Shown here one piece after another: positions 1 to 8,763 of a DNA stretch of 47,908 bases. The notes beneath the pieces are model-generated. The model was not told the origin of the DNA. It saw nothing but the letters and a program-made list of their open reading frames with translations, and did not search any database. Made by a program: the position numbers and the translations under genes. Origin of the DNA: a virus. Taxonomy: Duplodnaviria; Caudoviricetes. Where the stretch lies: IMG/VR virus record IMGVR_UViG_3300005837_000307, positions 1 through 47,908 of that record. One strand, 5' to 3'. How positions within the stretch are numbered: the stretch's first letter is position 1; every line of letters begins with the position of its first letter.

Positions 1-408
1 GTAGGTATAACCTTTAGTACATTTGATTTGTTACACGCAGGTCATGTGTCAATGTTAAGAGAAGCAAAATCTCAATGTGATTATCTTATTTGTGGATTAC
101 AAATGGATCCAAGCATTGATCGTAAAGAAAAGAATGCTCCCGCTCAAACCATTGTAGAAAGATATACTCAACTGAATGGAGTCAAATATGTGGATGAGAT
201 CATTCCATATAATTCCGAAAGAGATGTTGAAGATATATTGACAATGATCGATATTGATGTTAGAATATTAGGAGAAGAGTACAGGGATAAGGATTTTACT
301 GGTAGAGATATATGTCGCAAACGTGATATTGATCTTTATTTTAATAAAAGAGACCATCGCTTTAGTTCAAGCGATCTTAAAAAGAGGGTACGTGAACATG
401 GCCAATGA
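1..408 (+). CDS. Glycerol-3-phosphate cytidylyltransferase-like protein (TagD/CTP_transf_like), 5' truncated by the window edge
   Basis: Frame is open from base 1: VGITFSTFDLLHAGH (HxGH motif), ERY..L..VKYVDEIIPY, and C-terminal R.H.FSSS.L motif. Confidence 0.85.
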   Translation, partial: VGITFSTFDLLHAGHVSMLREAKSQCDYLICGLQMDPSIDRKEKNAPAQTIVERYTQLNGVKYVDEIIPYNSERDVEDILTMIDIDVRILGEEYRDKDFTGRDICRKRDIDLYFNKRDHRFSSSDLKKRVREHGQ

Positions 409-619
409 CCAAAAGTGGGGCAGTCTGGAATACAGTTTTGAGACACAATTAGAATTTAAGTTTTACGACATTAATCCAGAACAAATTGAGTTACCATTAG
501 AATATCCAACTGTAAATTATGTGACAAATTTGAATAACAATTATGGTAACTTTTCAGTTGAGTATAATCAACCAACAGTAACTTTTACTATGGGACCTTA
601 TAGTTATGAGAATGAGTAG
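398..619 (+). CDS. Hypothetical protein
   Basis: In-frame ATG at 398 (MANDQKW...) within ORF 323..619, overlapping the upstream stop region; tight operon packing. Confidence 0.55.
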   Translation: MANDQKWGSLEYSFETQLEFKFYDINPEQIELPLEYPTVNYVTNLNNNYGNFSVEYNQPTVTFTMGPYSYENE

Positions 620-782
620 AGAGGATTTAGAAAAAATCCGCAAAGATGATCATGATATGGAACAATTTCTGCGCGACATGGCCGACAAATCAGATGATGA
701 GTTTGTTATGAGATTAGCAGAAAGATTTTCTAAACTAACGCACAAAGCGCATGATAGATTACATTGGACTGGAGCTGAATAG
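612..782 (+). CDS. Small hypothetical protein (56 aa, MSREDLEKIRKDD...), absent from the ORF track
   Basis: Read manually from ATG 612 to TAG 782; fills the gap between neighbours. Confidence 0.6.
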   Translation: MSREDLEKIRKDDHDMEQFLRDMADKSDDEFVMRLAERFSKLTHKAHDRLHWTGAE

Positions 783-917
783 ATGGTTTGCTATATTATT
801 TACGAAGATTTTTTAGGTATCCCGATAGGATATAGAGTAAATGGTAAAGCACATTACTTCCAGCACAGACTAGGCCTTGAGCACCCTGATATAGAAAATG
901 AATGGAGCCAACAATGA
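783..917 (+). CDS. Small hypothetical protein (44 aa, MVCYIIYEDFLG...)
   Basis: Read manually; abuts the upstream stop and ends in an ATGA overlap with the next gene. Confidence 0.5.
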   Translation: MVCYIIYEDFLGIPIGYRVNGKAHYFQHRLGLEHPDIENEWSQQ

Positions 918-1108
918 CTTTTTATACATTATTTTTAGTGACTATCTTAACATCCACCACAGGCGGAGAAGATGCGTTTTATTATAATAAAATATCAACG
1001 TTTGATAGTCGCGCCGAATGTGAACAAGCTAAACTGTATGTAATGTCAAAATATAAAGCACCGTTTCCAGGTGTTGATATGGCATGTGTAAAAACGGATG
1101 AGATATGA
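914..1108 (+). CDS. Small secreted/membrane hypothetical protein
   Basis: Hydrophobic N-terminus, F.S..ECE.A...C motif common in small phage proteins; ATGA overlaps at both ends. Confidence 0.6.
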   Translation: MTFYTLFLVTILTSTTGGEDAFYYNKISTFDSRAECEQAKLYVMSKYKAPFPGVDMACVKTDEI

Positions 1109-1815
1109 CCAAATTTATTTTTGATGTAGATGGAACTCTAACACCAAGTAGAGGTATTATTGATTTAGACTTTAAAGCTTGGTTTAATACATTCTGTTTA
1201 GTAAATGATGTTTATCTCGTGACAGGATCGGATCGTGATAAAACAATCGAACAAATTAGTGAACCAACTTATAATCTTTGTAAGAAAGTTTACAACTGCT
1301 CCGGAAGCGACGTATATTCCGGATCAGAAAAGGTACGATCTTCTGCCTGGAAAGTTCCTCCTTCTATGCATCGTATTCTTGATGGTTGGCTTCAAGCCAG
1401 TAAATTTCCTGTAAGAACAGGTAACCATAAAGAAGAACGACCAGGAATGATGAACTTTTCTGTTGTTGGGCGTAATGCAACAAAAGAACAACGCGCAGAA
1501 TACGTAGAATATGATACGTTAAATAAAGAGCGTGAAACTATCGCACATATAATCAATTCTTACTATAAGGATATTACCGCAACTGTTGGTGGTGAAACTG
1601 GTATTGACATTCACCCCACTGGTTCAGATAAAAGCCAGATACTTGAAGACTTTCAAAACTATCGAGAAAAGATTCATTTCTTTGGCGATTCAATATTTCC
1701 TTCTGGTAATGATTGGTCAATAGCGACAAAGATAGATAAGCGACTAAATGGTACGTCACACCAAGTAGAAGATTGGCGTGACACATGGAAACAACTTGAG
1801 GAGTTAACAGCATGA
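1105..1815 (+). CDS. HAD-IIB hydrolase, phosphomannomutase (PMM)-like
   Basis: FDVDGTLT motif I, VTGSD, E.R.GMMNFS.VGR, GG...IDI.P.G.DK and FFGD...GND. Confidence 0.85.
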   Translation: MTKFIFDVDGTLTPSRGIIDLDFKAWFNTFCLVNDVYLVTGSDRDKTIEQISEPTYNLCKKVYNCSGSDVYSGSEKVRSSAWKVPPSMHRILDGWLQASKFPVRTGNHKEERPGMMNFSVVGRNATKEQRAEYVEYDTLNKERETIAHIINSYYKDITATVGGETGIDIHPTGSDKSQILEDFQNYREKIHFFGDSIFPSGNDWSIATKIDKRLNGTSHQVEDWRDTWKQLEELTA

Positions 1816-2345
1816 TTAAAGATAATATCCCTGAAATTACATTCATGGCTCGTACGGGCGATGTAGAACCAGAAGATGGTGGTTGTCCTATTGGAGGTCA
1901 GTGGCTTCCTATGAAAACAACTGAAATGTTTGGCAATAAAAGAGTACTTGTATTCTCTCTGCCAGGTGCATATACACCAACTTGTTCTACATATCAACTT
2001 CCTGGTTTTGAAGAAAACTATGAGAAGATTACTGGTGAGATGGGTATTGACGAAATCTATGTTTCATCTGTAAACGATGGATTTGTAATGAATGCTTGGG
2101 CTGAAAAGCTTGGCATTGAAAAAGTTAAAGTCATTCCAGATGGTAATGGCTTATTCGCTGAAGCATTAGGAATGCTCGGTGATTTTAGTGCGATTGGTTT
2201 TGGTAAGCGATCAAAAAGATTTGCTGCTGTTATCAATAATAATGAAGTAGAAAAAATGTTTGTGGAGCCTGACGCCACTAAGGATAACGAAGACCCTTAT
2301 GGTGAATCTTCTCCAGAGACAGTAATGGCCTATTTGGCAGGATAA
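1812..2345 (+). CDS. Peroxiredoxin (Prx5/Redoxin family)
   Basis: SLPGAYTPTCS..QLPG active-site motif, SVNDGFVMNAW, PDGNG, RS.RFA. Confidence 0.92.
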   Translation: MIKDNIPEITFMARTGDVEPEDGGCPIGGQWLPMKTTEMFGNKRVLVFSLPGAYTPTCSTYQLPGFEENYEKITGEMGIDEIYVSSVNDGFVMNAWAEKLGIEKVKVIPDGNGLFAEALGMLGDFSAIGFGKRSKRFAAVINNNEVEKMFVEPDATKDNEDPYGESSPETVMAYLAG

Positions 2346-2347
2346 AA

Positions 2348-2971
2348 ATGAAGGTAAAAATTGGAAAATATCCAACGAGATTAACAAGTAAGTTATACGA
2401 GCGCCATATGAATAATAAATATGGCATTATGAACTGGCCTGAGCTGTATGATTATGTAGATTATTACATCGAAGCAGTTGACAGCATGTGGCAAGACATA
2501 TATAATATAATTAATTGGATATGGTTTGATCGACTTGAACAAAAGCAAATTATTCAAATAGATCCACAAGATACTTGGAGTATGGATCACACTCTTGCTC
2601 CAATTATCTTGCCAATGCTAAAGCAGTTAAAAGAAACTAAGCATGGTTCTCCAAGTGTTGATAACGAAGATGTTCCTAAAGAACTACGTGCAACAAAAAG
2701 AGAAATTACAGCTTACGCCAAGAAAGGCGAAACTGATAAAAAATGGCATGATCGTTGGGATTATGTAATAGATGAGATGATATGGGCATTTGAACAAAAG
2801 TGCCGTGATCATTGGGAGTCGGACTATTACGGCGACTACATAGAAGGATCTGATGGACCGTTTAGCGGTGCATTTGAATGGACGGATGATGAAGGGCGTG
2901 TAGCGCACCAGGAACGCATGACTAATGGGTTTAAATTATTCGGAAAATATTATGAAAACTTATGGGACTAA
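2348..2971 (+). CDS. Conserved phage hypothetical protein
   Basis: 207-aa ORF in operon context; DTWSMDHTLA.II.PML.QLK..KHG.P and G..LFGKYY..LWD are typical of a myophage family. Confidence 0.75.
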   Translation: MKVKIGKYPTRLTSKLYERHMNNKYGIMNWPELYDYVDYYIEAVDSMWQDIYNIINWIWFDRLEQKQIIQIDPQDTWSMDHTLAPIILPMLKQLKETKHGSPSVDNEDVPKELRATKREITAYAKKGETDKKWHDRWDYVIDEMIWAFEQKCRDHWESDYYGDYIEGSDGPFSGAFEWTDDEGRVAHQERMTNGFKLFGKYYENLWD

Positions 2972-3152
2972 GTTTAAGAAACTTTTAAGCAAGTGGTGGC
3001 GTATCTGGGCTAAGAGCCTAGGAGAAAAAGTAGGTGAAACAGATCGGCAAGCAAACACTATTGCAGCTATCAGAACATTCTGGTGGTTTGTACACATCGT
3101 GACTTGTTTCTTTATTATCGCAGGTAATTCAAAAATGCTAGGGATGTGGTAA
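2952..3152 (+). CDS. Small membrane protein
   Basis: WRIWAKSLGEKVG..D..AN..A.IRT followed by a hydrophobic helix. Confidence 0.6.
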   Translation: MKTYGTKFKKLLSKWWRIWAKSLGEKVGETDRQANTIAAIRTFWWFVHIVTCFFIIAGNSKMLGMW

Positions 3153-3153
3153 T

Positions 3154-3396
3154 TTGTTTACAGTAGAAATGGACAATTGGGATAGCGAGATCACAATGAC
3201 GGTCTTAGATCCTGATGGCGTATATGAAGATATAGAATGTATCATATATGATGATGTTGTTTATATAAGGCAATATGATTTTAACCTTGAGCAATACGAT
3301 TACATGATATTATCACCCAAGCAAATGATAAACTTTATGAAAGCCTTCAAAATGCAAGAAGGCGCATATTCAGAACATGGAGAAAAATTAGAATGA
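3154..3396 (+). CDS. Hypothetical protein
   Basis: 80-aa ORF with TTG start, tightly packed, ATGA overlap with glutaredoxin. Confidence 0.65.
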   Translation: MFTVEMDNWDSEITMTVLDPDGVYEDIECIIYDDVVYIRQYDFNLEQYDYMILSPKQMINFMKAFKMQEGAYSEHGEKLE

Positions 3397-3650
3397 TTAC
3401 TATTTACGGGAAAACAAACTGTGCGTTTTGTGTAAAAGCAAAAGCCTTTGCAGAACAAAGAGGCTTTAAATACGAATATAAGGATGTAGGAGCACGACAA
3501 GCTACATTTCAGGAGTTACTAGAAAGAGCTCCAGAACCAGTAAGAAGCGTACCACAGATATGGATTAATGATGACTATGTTGGCGGATATACTCAATTCG
3601 TACAATATGTAGAAGATACAGGATATACGGGAACTGGTCATTCGTTGTAA
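3393..3650 (+). CDS. Glutaredoxin (T4 NrdC/NrdH-like)
   Basis: IYGK.NCAFC (CxxC), SVPQIWI...YVGGY. Confidence 0.9.
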   Translation: MITIYGKTNCAFCVKAKAFAEQRGFKYEYKDVGARQATFQELLERAPEPVRSVPQIWINDDYVGGYTQFVQYVEDTGYTGTGHSL

Positions 3651-3655
3651 AAAAG

Positions 3656-3688
3656 AGGGTTGACATTTTGTCAGCCCTTTGTTATAAT
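3656..3688 (+). promoter_or_regulatory. Sigma70-type early promoter embedded in a terminator-like hairpin
   Basis: TTGACA 3660-3665, 17 nt, TATAAT 3683-3688; AGGGTTGACA/TGTCAGCCCT stem. Confidence 0.8.
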
Positions 3689-3722
3689 AGAAACTATATT
3701 ATGATTTAAGTGAGGTACTCAT

Positions 3723-4163
3723 ATGACAATGCATATGATTCAAGGCGTACAAGTTCATGGTAACTCGAGAAAGAAAAAGCGCAAATTAACACAAAAGAAA
3801 CTTGCTGAAATGGAAGTAAACTGGCGTAAGCATAATAAAGCTATGCGTAAAGCTAACTGCCACAGCTTGCAATATAAAACATTTGAAGAGTATCAAGCAT
3901 ACGTCTTCGGCGAAATCAAACCCAAGAAGAAGGAATTTAAGCCCTATGTCCCGCAGGAATCGTACCAACGCAAATCGCCGAATTATCCAAGCGCGCCAAT
4001 TAGCAAGGCGACGGGTTCAATTCCAGATTCCGGACGAAAACGAGAGCCGCAACAATATACCGGAGATCTCATTGTCGGAATCGGACAAATGCACAAGTCA
4101 AACGCAGTTCCAGTTATGCGAGGAACAGAACAAGCTAAAGATTTAGCTAGGATGAGAAGATAA
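3723..4163 (+). CDS. Conserved basic hypothetical protein of T4-like phages
   Basis: GAGG SD; C-terminal YTG..I.GI..MHKSNAVPV...A.D.A.MRR motif. Confidence 0.75.
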   Translation: MTMHMIQGVQVHGNSRKKKRKLTQKKLAEMEVNWRKHNKAMRKANCHSLQYKTFEEYQAYVFGEIKPKKKEFKPYVPQESYQRKSPNYPSAPISKATGSIPDSGRKREPQQYTGDLIVGIGQMHKSNAVPVMRGTEQAKDLARMRR

Positions 4164-5284
4164 TGAATACTATTGTTGCAGGTACAGCACCGCTATACAA
4201 GCGCGACTCTAAAGGTGGAGTCAGAGTATGGCGTGGTGAAGTAAGTGAAAGTGAAGGTAATTACTATTGGAGAGCAATCTCTGGTTTACAAGAAGGCAAA
4301 CAGGTTGAATCTGGTTGGAAGATTGTAGAACAAAAGAACGTTGGTAAGACTAACGAAACGAGTTTGCAACAACAAGCAGAAATAGAAATGATCGCTGAGT
4401 TTAGAAAGAAACTTGAGCGTGGTTATTTCCGTCATGTAGAAGAAATTGATAACTTCGAAAAAGTTAAACCAATGCTTGCTGCTAAATATGAAGACGCAAA
4501 GTTTGATTGGGAGAATACCGAATATTTTTCTCAACCAAAGCTTGATGGTATTCGTTGTATTGCAAGAGCTGATGGTTTGTGGTCTCGTTCAGGTAAAGAA
4601 ATACTTGCCGTGCCACATATTCATGAAGCTTTAAAGCCATACTTTTATCGTAATCCAGGCGCAATACTTGATGGTGAATTATATAATCACGATCTTAAAG
4701 ATGATTTTAATAAGATTACATCATTGGTTCGTAAGACTAAACCAAAGCCAGAAGACATTGCCGAGGCTGCAGGTTTAGTTGAATATCACGTGTATGATCT
4801 CGTTACAGAAAAGGCTGAGTTTAAGAAGCGTATAGCATCTATAAGATCTGTAAGCGACAATGATCATATCTATTGTGTATCAACTCGTTCTATTTCAAGT
4901 CAACAACAAATGGACGAGTTATATGGTGAATATACTGAAGATGGTTATGAAGGACAAATGATACGTACTAATGCTCCGTATCAACAAAATAAAAGATCAA
5001 AAACGTTATTAAAACGAAAAGAGTTTATTACTGAAGAATTTAAAGTTTTAAGAGTGGAAGAGGGTAAAGGTAACTGGGCAGGTCACGTCAAACGATTTGT
5101 ATTAGAAAAAGATGGCCAAGAGTTTGGTGCTGGTGTAAGAGGCAATCAAGAAGTAATGGCAGAATTATTCGAATCAAAAGTTACACCTGAGTGGGCAACA
5201 CTACGTTACTTTCAATTAACACCCGATGGCATACCAAGGTTCCCAGTTGTTATCGATTGGGGTATAGGACAACGAGAAGATTAA
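4163..5284 (+). CDS. ATP-dependent DNA ligase
   Basis: PMLA, QPKLDGIRC (KxDG adenylation site), LDGELY, YHVYD, GYEGQMIR, LLKRK, GIPRFP. Confidence 0.95.
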   Translation: MNTIVAGTAPLYKRDSKGGVRVWRGEVSESEGNYYWRAISGLQEGKQVESGWKIVEQKNVGKTNETSLQQQAEIEMIAEFRKKLERGYFRHVEEIDNFEKVKPMLAAKYEDAKFDWENTEYFSQPKLDGIRCIARADGLWSRSGKEILAVPHIHEALKPYFYRNPGAILDGELYNHDLKDDFNKITSLVRKTKPKPEDIAEAAGLVEYHVYDLVTEKAEFKKRIASIRSVSDNDHIYCVSTRSISSQQQMDELYGEYTEDGYEGQMIRTNAPYQQNKRSKTLLKRKEFITEEFKVLRVEEGKGNWAGHVKRFVLEKDGQEFGAGVRGNQEVMAELFESKVTPEWATLRYFQLTPDGIPRFPVVIDWGIGQRED

Positions 5285-5297
5285 TAAGGAAAAACAG

Positions 5298-6437
5298 ATG
5301 GATCAGAGAATTCACGAAATTCTACAAAAAGAAGTCGATCGACAAGAAAAAACTGTAGAACTAATTGCAAGTGAAAACTTCGCAAGTGATGCAGTTATGG
5401 AATTATCAGGTAGTGTATTTACAAATAAGTATGCCGAAGGTTATCCAGCAAAAAGATATTATAATGGATGTGATAACTGTGATGATATAGAGCAGCTTGC
5501 AATAGATACTGTTTGTAAGTTATTTGGATCAAAGTTTGCAAACGTACAACCACACTCAGGTGCTAACGCTAACCTCGCGGTATTTAAAGCTTTCTTAGAA
5601 CCAGGTGATGTTGTTCTAGGTATGGATCTTGCGAGTGGTGGCCATTTGTCACATGGTGCTAAAGTAAATGTATCAGGATCTTGGTTTGATTCTTATACAT
5701 ATGGCGTTGATGATAAAGGCTTTTTAGATTATGATGCTATTCGTGAACAAGCAATTGAATTAAAACCACAAATGATTGTTGCAGGTGCTTCGGCTTATCC
5801 ACGACAAATTGATTGGAAAAAGTTTAGAGAAATAGCTGACGAAGTAGGTGCATTCTTACTTGTTGATATGGCTCACTATTCTGGTCTCATCGCAGGTTTA
5901 AGTTATTACAATCCAGTTCCTTTTGCTGATGTAGTAACATCCACTACTCATAAAACACTCCGTGGTCCTCGTGGTGGCATTATCTTATGGAATAACCCAG
6001 ACTATACACGAAAGATTAATAGTGCTATATTCCCAGGAACTCAGGGTGGTCCATTGATGCATATTATTGCAGCAAAAGCTCAATGTTTTATTGAAGCATC
6101 TACTAATGAATTTGCTCAGTATGCCGATCAAGTAATTAATAACGCAAAAGCAATGTGTGAAGTGTTTGAAGCAAAAGGTTTCCCAGTACAAACAGGTGGA
6201 ACTGATTCTCATATTATTTTAATGGATTTAAGTGAAAGCAAATATTCTGGTAGAGAAGCTGCTGATAGACTTGAACACGCAGGTATTACTGTAAATAAGA
6301 ATGGCATTCCAAACGATCCTCGTCCTTTTATGGAAACAAGTGGTATTCGTATTGGTACGGCGGCTGAAACAACACGTGGCTTTGATGAAAAGCGATTCAG
6401 AGAAATCGCACAAGTAATTGTAGACGTATTGTCGTAG
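5298..6437 (+). CDS. glyA: Serine hydroxymethyltransferase (auxiliary metabolic gene)
   Basis: LIASENF, NKYAEGYP.KRYY.G, NVQPHSGA.AN, GGHLSHG, DMAH, TTHKTLRGPRGG (PLP lysine), SGIRIGT. Confidence 0.97.
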   Translation: MDQRIHEILQKEVDRQEKTVELIASENFASDAVMELSGSVFTNKYAEGYPAKRYYNGCDNCDDIEQLAIDTVCKLFGSKFANVQPHSGANANLAVFKAFLEPGDVVLGMDLASGGHLSHGAKVNVSGSWFDSYTYGVDDKGFLDYDAIREQAIELKPQMIVAGASAYPRQIDWKKFREIADEVGAFLLVDMAHYSGLIAGLSYYNPVPFADVVTSTTHKTLRGPRGGIILWNNPDYTRKINSAIFPGTQGGPLMHIIAAKAQCFIEASTNEFAQYADQVINNAKAMCEVFEAKGFPVQTGGTDSHIILMDLSESKYSGREAADRLEHAGITVNKNGIPNDPRPFMETSGIRIGTAAETTRGFDEKRFREIAQVIVDVLS

Positions 6438-6444
6438 GAGAACT

Positions 6445-6636
6445 ATGCCAACATATTCATATGAATGTAAAAAGTGCGGACATGAGTTTGATATTATTCA
6501 AAGGATTAGTGATGATGCTCTTACAGATTGTCCTGAATGTAAAGCAAAAAATGAATTAAAGAAAGTAATCAAGCCCTCTGAATCTGGAGGGTTTGCATTG
6601 AAAGGAAAAGGTTGGTTCAAGACCGGCGGCTATTGA
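6445..6636 (+). CDS. FmdB-family zinc ribbon protein
   Basis: MPTYSYECKKCGH.F...Q..SDD.L..CPEC and F.LKG.GW..T.Y. Confidence 0.9.
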   Translation: MPTYSYECKKCGHEFDIIQRISDDALTDCPECKAKNELKKVIKPSESGGFALKGKGWFKTGGY

Positions 6637-6637
6637 C

Positions 6638-6674
6638 TATAAATAACTCTATATGAATTAACTATGGAGTTATT
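6638..6674 (+). promoter_or_regulatory. T4-type late promoter plus RBS-sequestering hairpin
   Basis: TATAAATA 6638-6645; stem AATAACTCTATA (6642-6653) / TATGGAGTTATT (6663-6674) covers the GGAG SD. Confidence 0.8.
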
Positions 6675-7091
6675 ATGTGGCTTTACAAAGGTGAGGAATT
6701 CACCTCTGAAATGATAGAAGATTGGGTGGGCTTTGTGTACCTGATTACCGATAAATCAAATGGTATGAAATACGTCGGTAAAAAGTTACTTACATCAAGA
6801 CGCAAGTTACCACCGCTTAAAGGAAAGAAAAGACGAAGAAGCGTAGTAAAAGAAACCGATTGGCAGAAATACTACGGATCTTCTGACGAAGTAAAATTGT
6901 TAGTTGAAGAAAAAGGCGCAGATAATTTTCATAGAGAGATATTAACTCTATGTAAAAGTAAAGGTGAGCTTGGTTACTTAGAAGCGAAGTACCAATTTGA
7001 GCATGATGTATTGTTAAGAGATGATTACTATAATGGAATTATCCAATGCAAAATACATAGGAATCACGTAAGAAGTCTTAAAGAAGATTGA
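6675..7091 (+). CDS. GIY-YIG endonuclease (T4 EndoII/DenA- or Seg-like)
   Basis: GFVYLIT...NG.KYVGKK, YYGSS, F.REIL, LE, YYN. Confidence 0.85.
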   Translation: MWLYKGEEFTSEMIEDWVGFVYLITDKSNGMKYVGKKLLTSRRKLPPLKGKKRRRSVVKETDWQKYYGSSDEVKLLVEEKGADNFHREILTLCKSKGELGYLEAKYQFEHDVLLRDDYYNGIIQCKIHRNHVRSLKED

Positions 7092-7115
7092 CAAGTCGCT
7101 TCAATAATATATAAT
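7088..7115 (+). promoter_or_regulatory. Sigma70-type promoter, likely giving a leaderless iscU mRNA
   Basis: TTGACA 7088-7093, 16 nt, TATAAT 7110-7115; ATG at 7122 with no SD. Confidence 0.7.
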
Positions 7116-7121
7116 AGTAGT

Positions 7122-7547
7122 ATGGCGTATTCAAAAAAAGTAGTAGAAAGGTTTGAAAGCGTATTGAACAACCCAGCAGAATTTAGTGTTGGAAGATTTG
7201 ATCCTAACGATCCTCAAGTAGCAACCGGAATGACTGGCGCTCCAGCTTGCGGTGATGTTATGAAATTACAATTAAAGTTAGACGATAACGAAAAGATTGT
7301 AGATGTGAAGTTTAAAACTTATGGATGTGGTAGTGCTATAGCAAGTTCAACGATGTTTGTTGAAATGTTAAAAGGCAAAACAATCGATGAAGCAAAGCTT
7401 ATTAAAGATAAAGATATTGCTGAATCACTTGAGTTACCACCAATTAAATTGCATTGCTCCGTATTAGCCGAAGATTCAATTAAGAAAGCAATTGAAGATT
7501 GGGAATCAAAAAGGAGTATGATTGGCCACAACGGCGGACCAAAATAA
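7122..7547 (+). CDS. iscU: Fe-S cluster scaffold protein IscU
   Basis: GAPACGDVMKLQ, KFKTYGCGSAIASS and LELPPIKLHCS.LAED (three Cys and LPPVK-like HscA motif). Confidence 0.95.
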   Translation: MAYSKKVVERFESVLNNPAEFSVGRFDPNDPQVATGMTGAPACGDVMKLQLKLDDNEKIVDVKFKTYGCGSAIASSTMFVEMLKGKTIDEAKLIKDKDIAESLELPPIKLHCSVLAEDSIKKAIEDWESKRSMIGHNGGPK

Positions 7548-7551
7548 ACAG

Positions 7552-7580
7552 TTGACATTTGATTGAAGTTGTGTTATATT
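7552..7580 (+). promoter_or_regulatory. Sigma70-type early promoter
   Basis: AAACAG-TTGACA-N17-TATATT. Confidence 0.7.
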
Positions 7581-7618
7581 AGATAATATATAAATTTTAT
7601 CTTTTAATGGAGAATATT

Positions 7619-7852
7619 ATGCTTGTGACTCGTAAAAGCGTTCTTACCGGTAAAACCCGCACAAGAACTATCACCGTAAAACCCCGAGACCTTGCTCTGT
7701 ATGAGACTGGAACAGTTTCAATTACTGATGCTATGCCCTATTTAAGCTCCCAAGATCGTGACTTTATCATGATTGGTATTACTGATAAAGAGCTCAAAGA
7801 TGCTTTTTCGAAAGAATTAAAAGAAATTGTTAATGATCGGTTTGGAGGATAA
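7619..7852 (+). CDS. Hypothetical protein
   Basis: GGAG SD before ATG 7619; TR.S.LTGK...I.DAMP.LS...R.FI..GIT motif seen in phage proteins. Confidence 0.7.
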   Translation: MLVTRKSVLTGKTRTRTITVKPRDLALYETGTVSITDAMPYLSSQDRDFIMIGITDKELKDAFSKELKEIVNDRFGG

Positions 7853-7854
7853 GC

Positions 7855-8760
7855 TTGATAATACTATTCAATGGACCACCTGCTTGTGGTAAAGATCATG
7901 CGGCCGATTTCTTTAAAGCAAAAGGATATAAGCACCTTTCTTTTAAATACAGGTTATACGAAGAAACCATCAAATACTTTAATGTAGATAAAGAATGGTT
8001 TATGGATCGTTACGAAAATCGTGATCTAAAAGAAGTACGCTGTCAAGACTTAGGGCATATGTCATGCCGTGAAGCAATGATATATGTATCAGAAAAAGTA
8101 ATTAAACCTCGTATGGGTTTAGACTATTTTGGTAAACTCGTAGCAAATGAGATCGACCTTGAAAAAGATTATGCAATCTCAGATGGTGGATTTATTGATG
8201 AGTTATTGCCAGTAGTTGAAAAGGTTGGTAAAGAAAATTTTCGTCTTGTTCAACTCACACGTGAAGGACATGACTTTTCATCAGACTCTCGTAGATACTT
8301 TGATGGCAATATAACAAAAGAATATGTACTTGGTCATTCAACAAGTATTGAAAAAAAGTATGTACTTCCACACAAGTTTGATGTAAAATCGTATAGAATC
8401 CACAACAACTCTACTGTTGAAGATTTTAACGATTCACTAAAAGAAATTTATGAAAATGAAATAAATATTGATTTGAGAAATAGGAGAAATATTATGATTA
8501 ATAAAGAAGAAGTTACAAAAGCACTACACGAAGGTGTATGTTCAGTTACGTTTACAAAAGTAAATGGTGATGAGCGTGTAATGGCAGCTACTCTTAAAGC
8601 TGACCTATTGCCTGAAGTAGTAGAAAAAGTACTTGCTGAAGGTGAAACACCAAAAGCAGCAAAGAAACCTAATCCAAATGTTTTGGCGGTTTACGATGTT
8701 GACAAATCAGGTTGGCGTTCATTCCGTTGGGACTCTATCAAAGCTTTTCAGGCGGGGTAA
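7855..8760 (+). CDS. Deoxynucleoside monophosphate kinase (gp1-like) running in frame into an SH3/WYL-like gp61.1-type domain
   Basis: NGPPACGKD P-loop, R.AMI.VSE...KP..G.DYFG, ISDGGF.DE; C-terminal V.FTK.NG.ER.M.ATL...VYDVDK.GWRSFRWDS. Confidence 0.75.
   Translation: MIILFNGPPACGKDHAADFFKAKGYKHLSFKYRLYEETIKYFNVDKEWFMDRYENRDLKEVRCQDLGHMSCREAMIYVSEKVIKPRMGLDYFGKLVANEIDLEKDYAISDGGFIDELLPVVEKVGKENFRLVQLTREGHDFSSDSRRYFDGNITKEYVLGHSTSIEKKYVLPHKFDVKSYRIHNNSTVEDFNDSLKEIYENEINIDLRNRRNIMINKEEVTKALHEGVCSVTFTKVNGDERVMAATLKADLLPEVVEKVLAEGETPKAAKKPNPNVLAVYDVDKSGWRSFRWDSIKAFQAG
8494..8760 (+). CDS. T4 gp61.1-like SH3-barrel protein (probable independent internal start)
   Basis: AGGAG SD 7 nt before in-frame ATG 8494 (MINKEEVTKAL...). 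Confidence 0.65.
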   Translation: MINKEEVTKALHEGVCSVTFTKVNGDERVMAATLKADLLPEVVEKVLAEGETPKAAKKPNPNVLAVYDVDKSGWRSFRWDSIKAFQAG

Positions 8761-8763
8761 TCA

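Noticed and set aside
5298-7547. glyA and iscU as host contamination or a prophage boundary
   Set aside because: They are interleaved with phage genes and phage promoters, have similar composition, and no integration features are present
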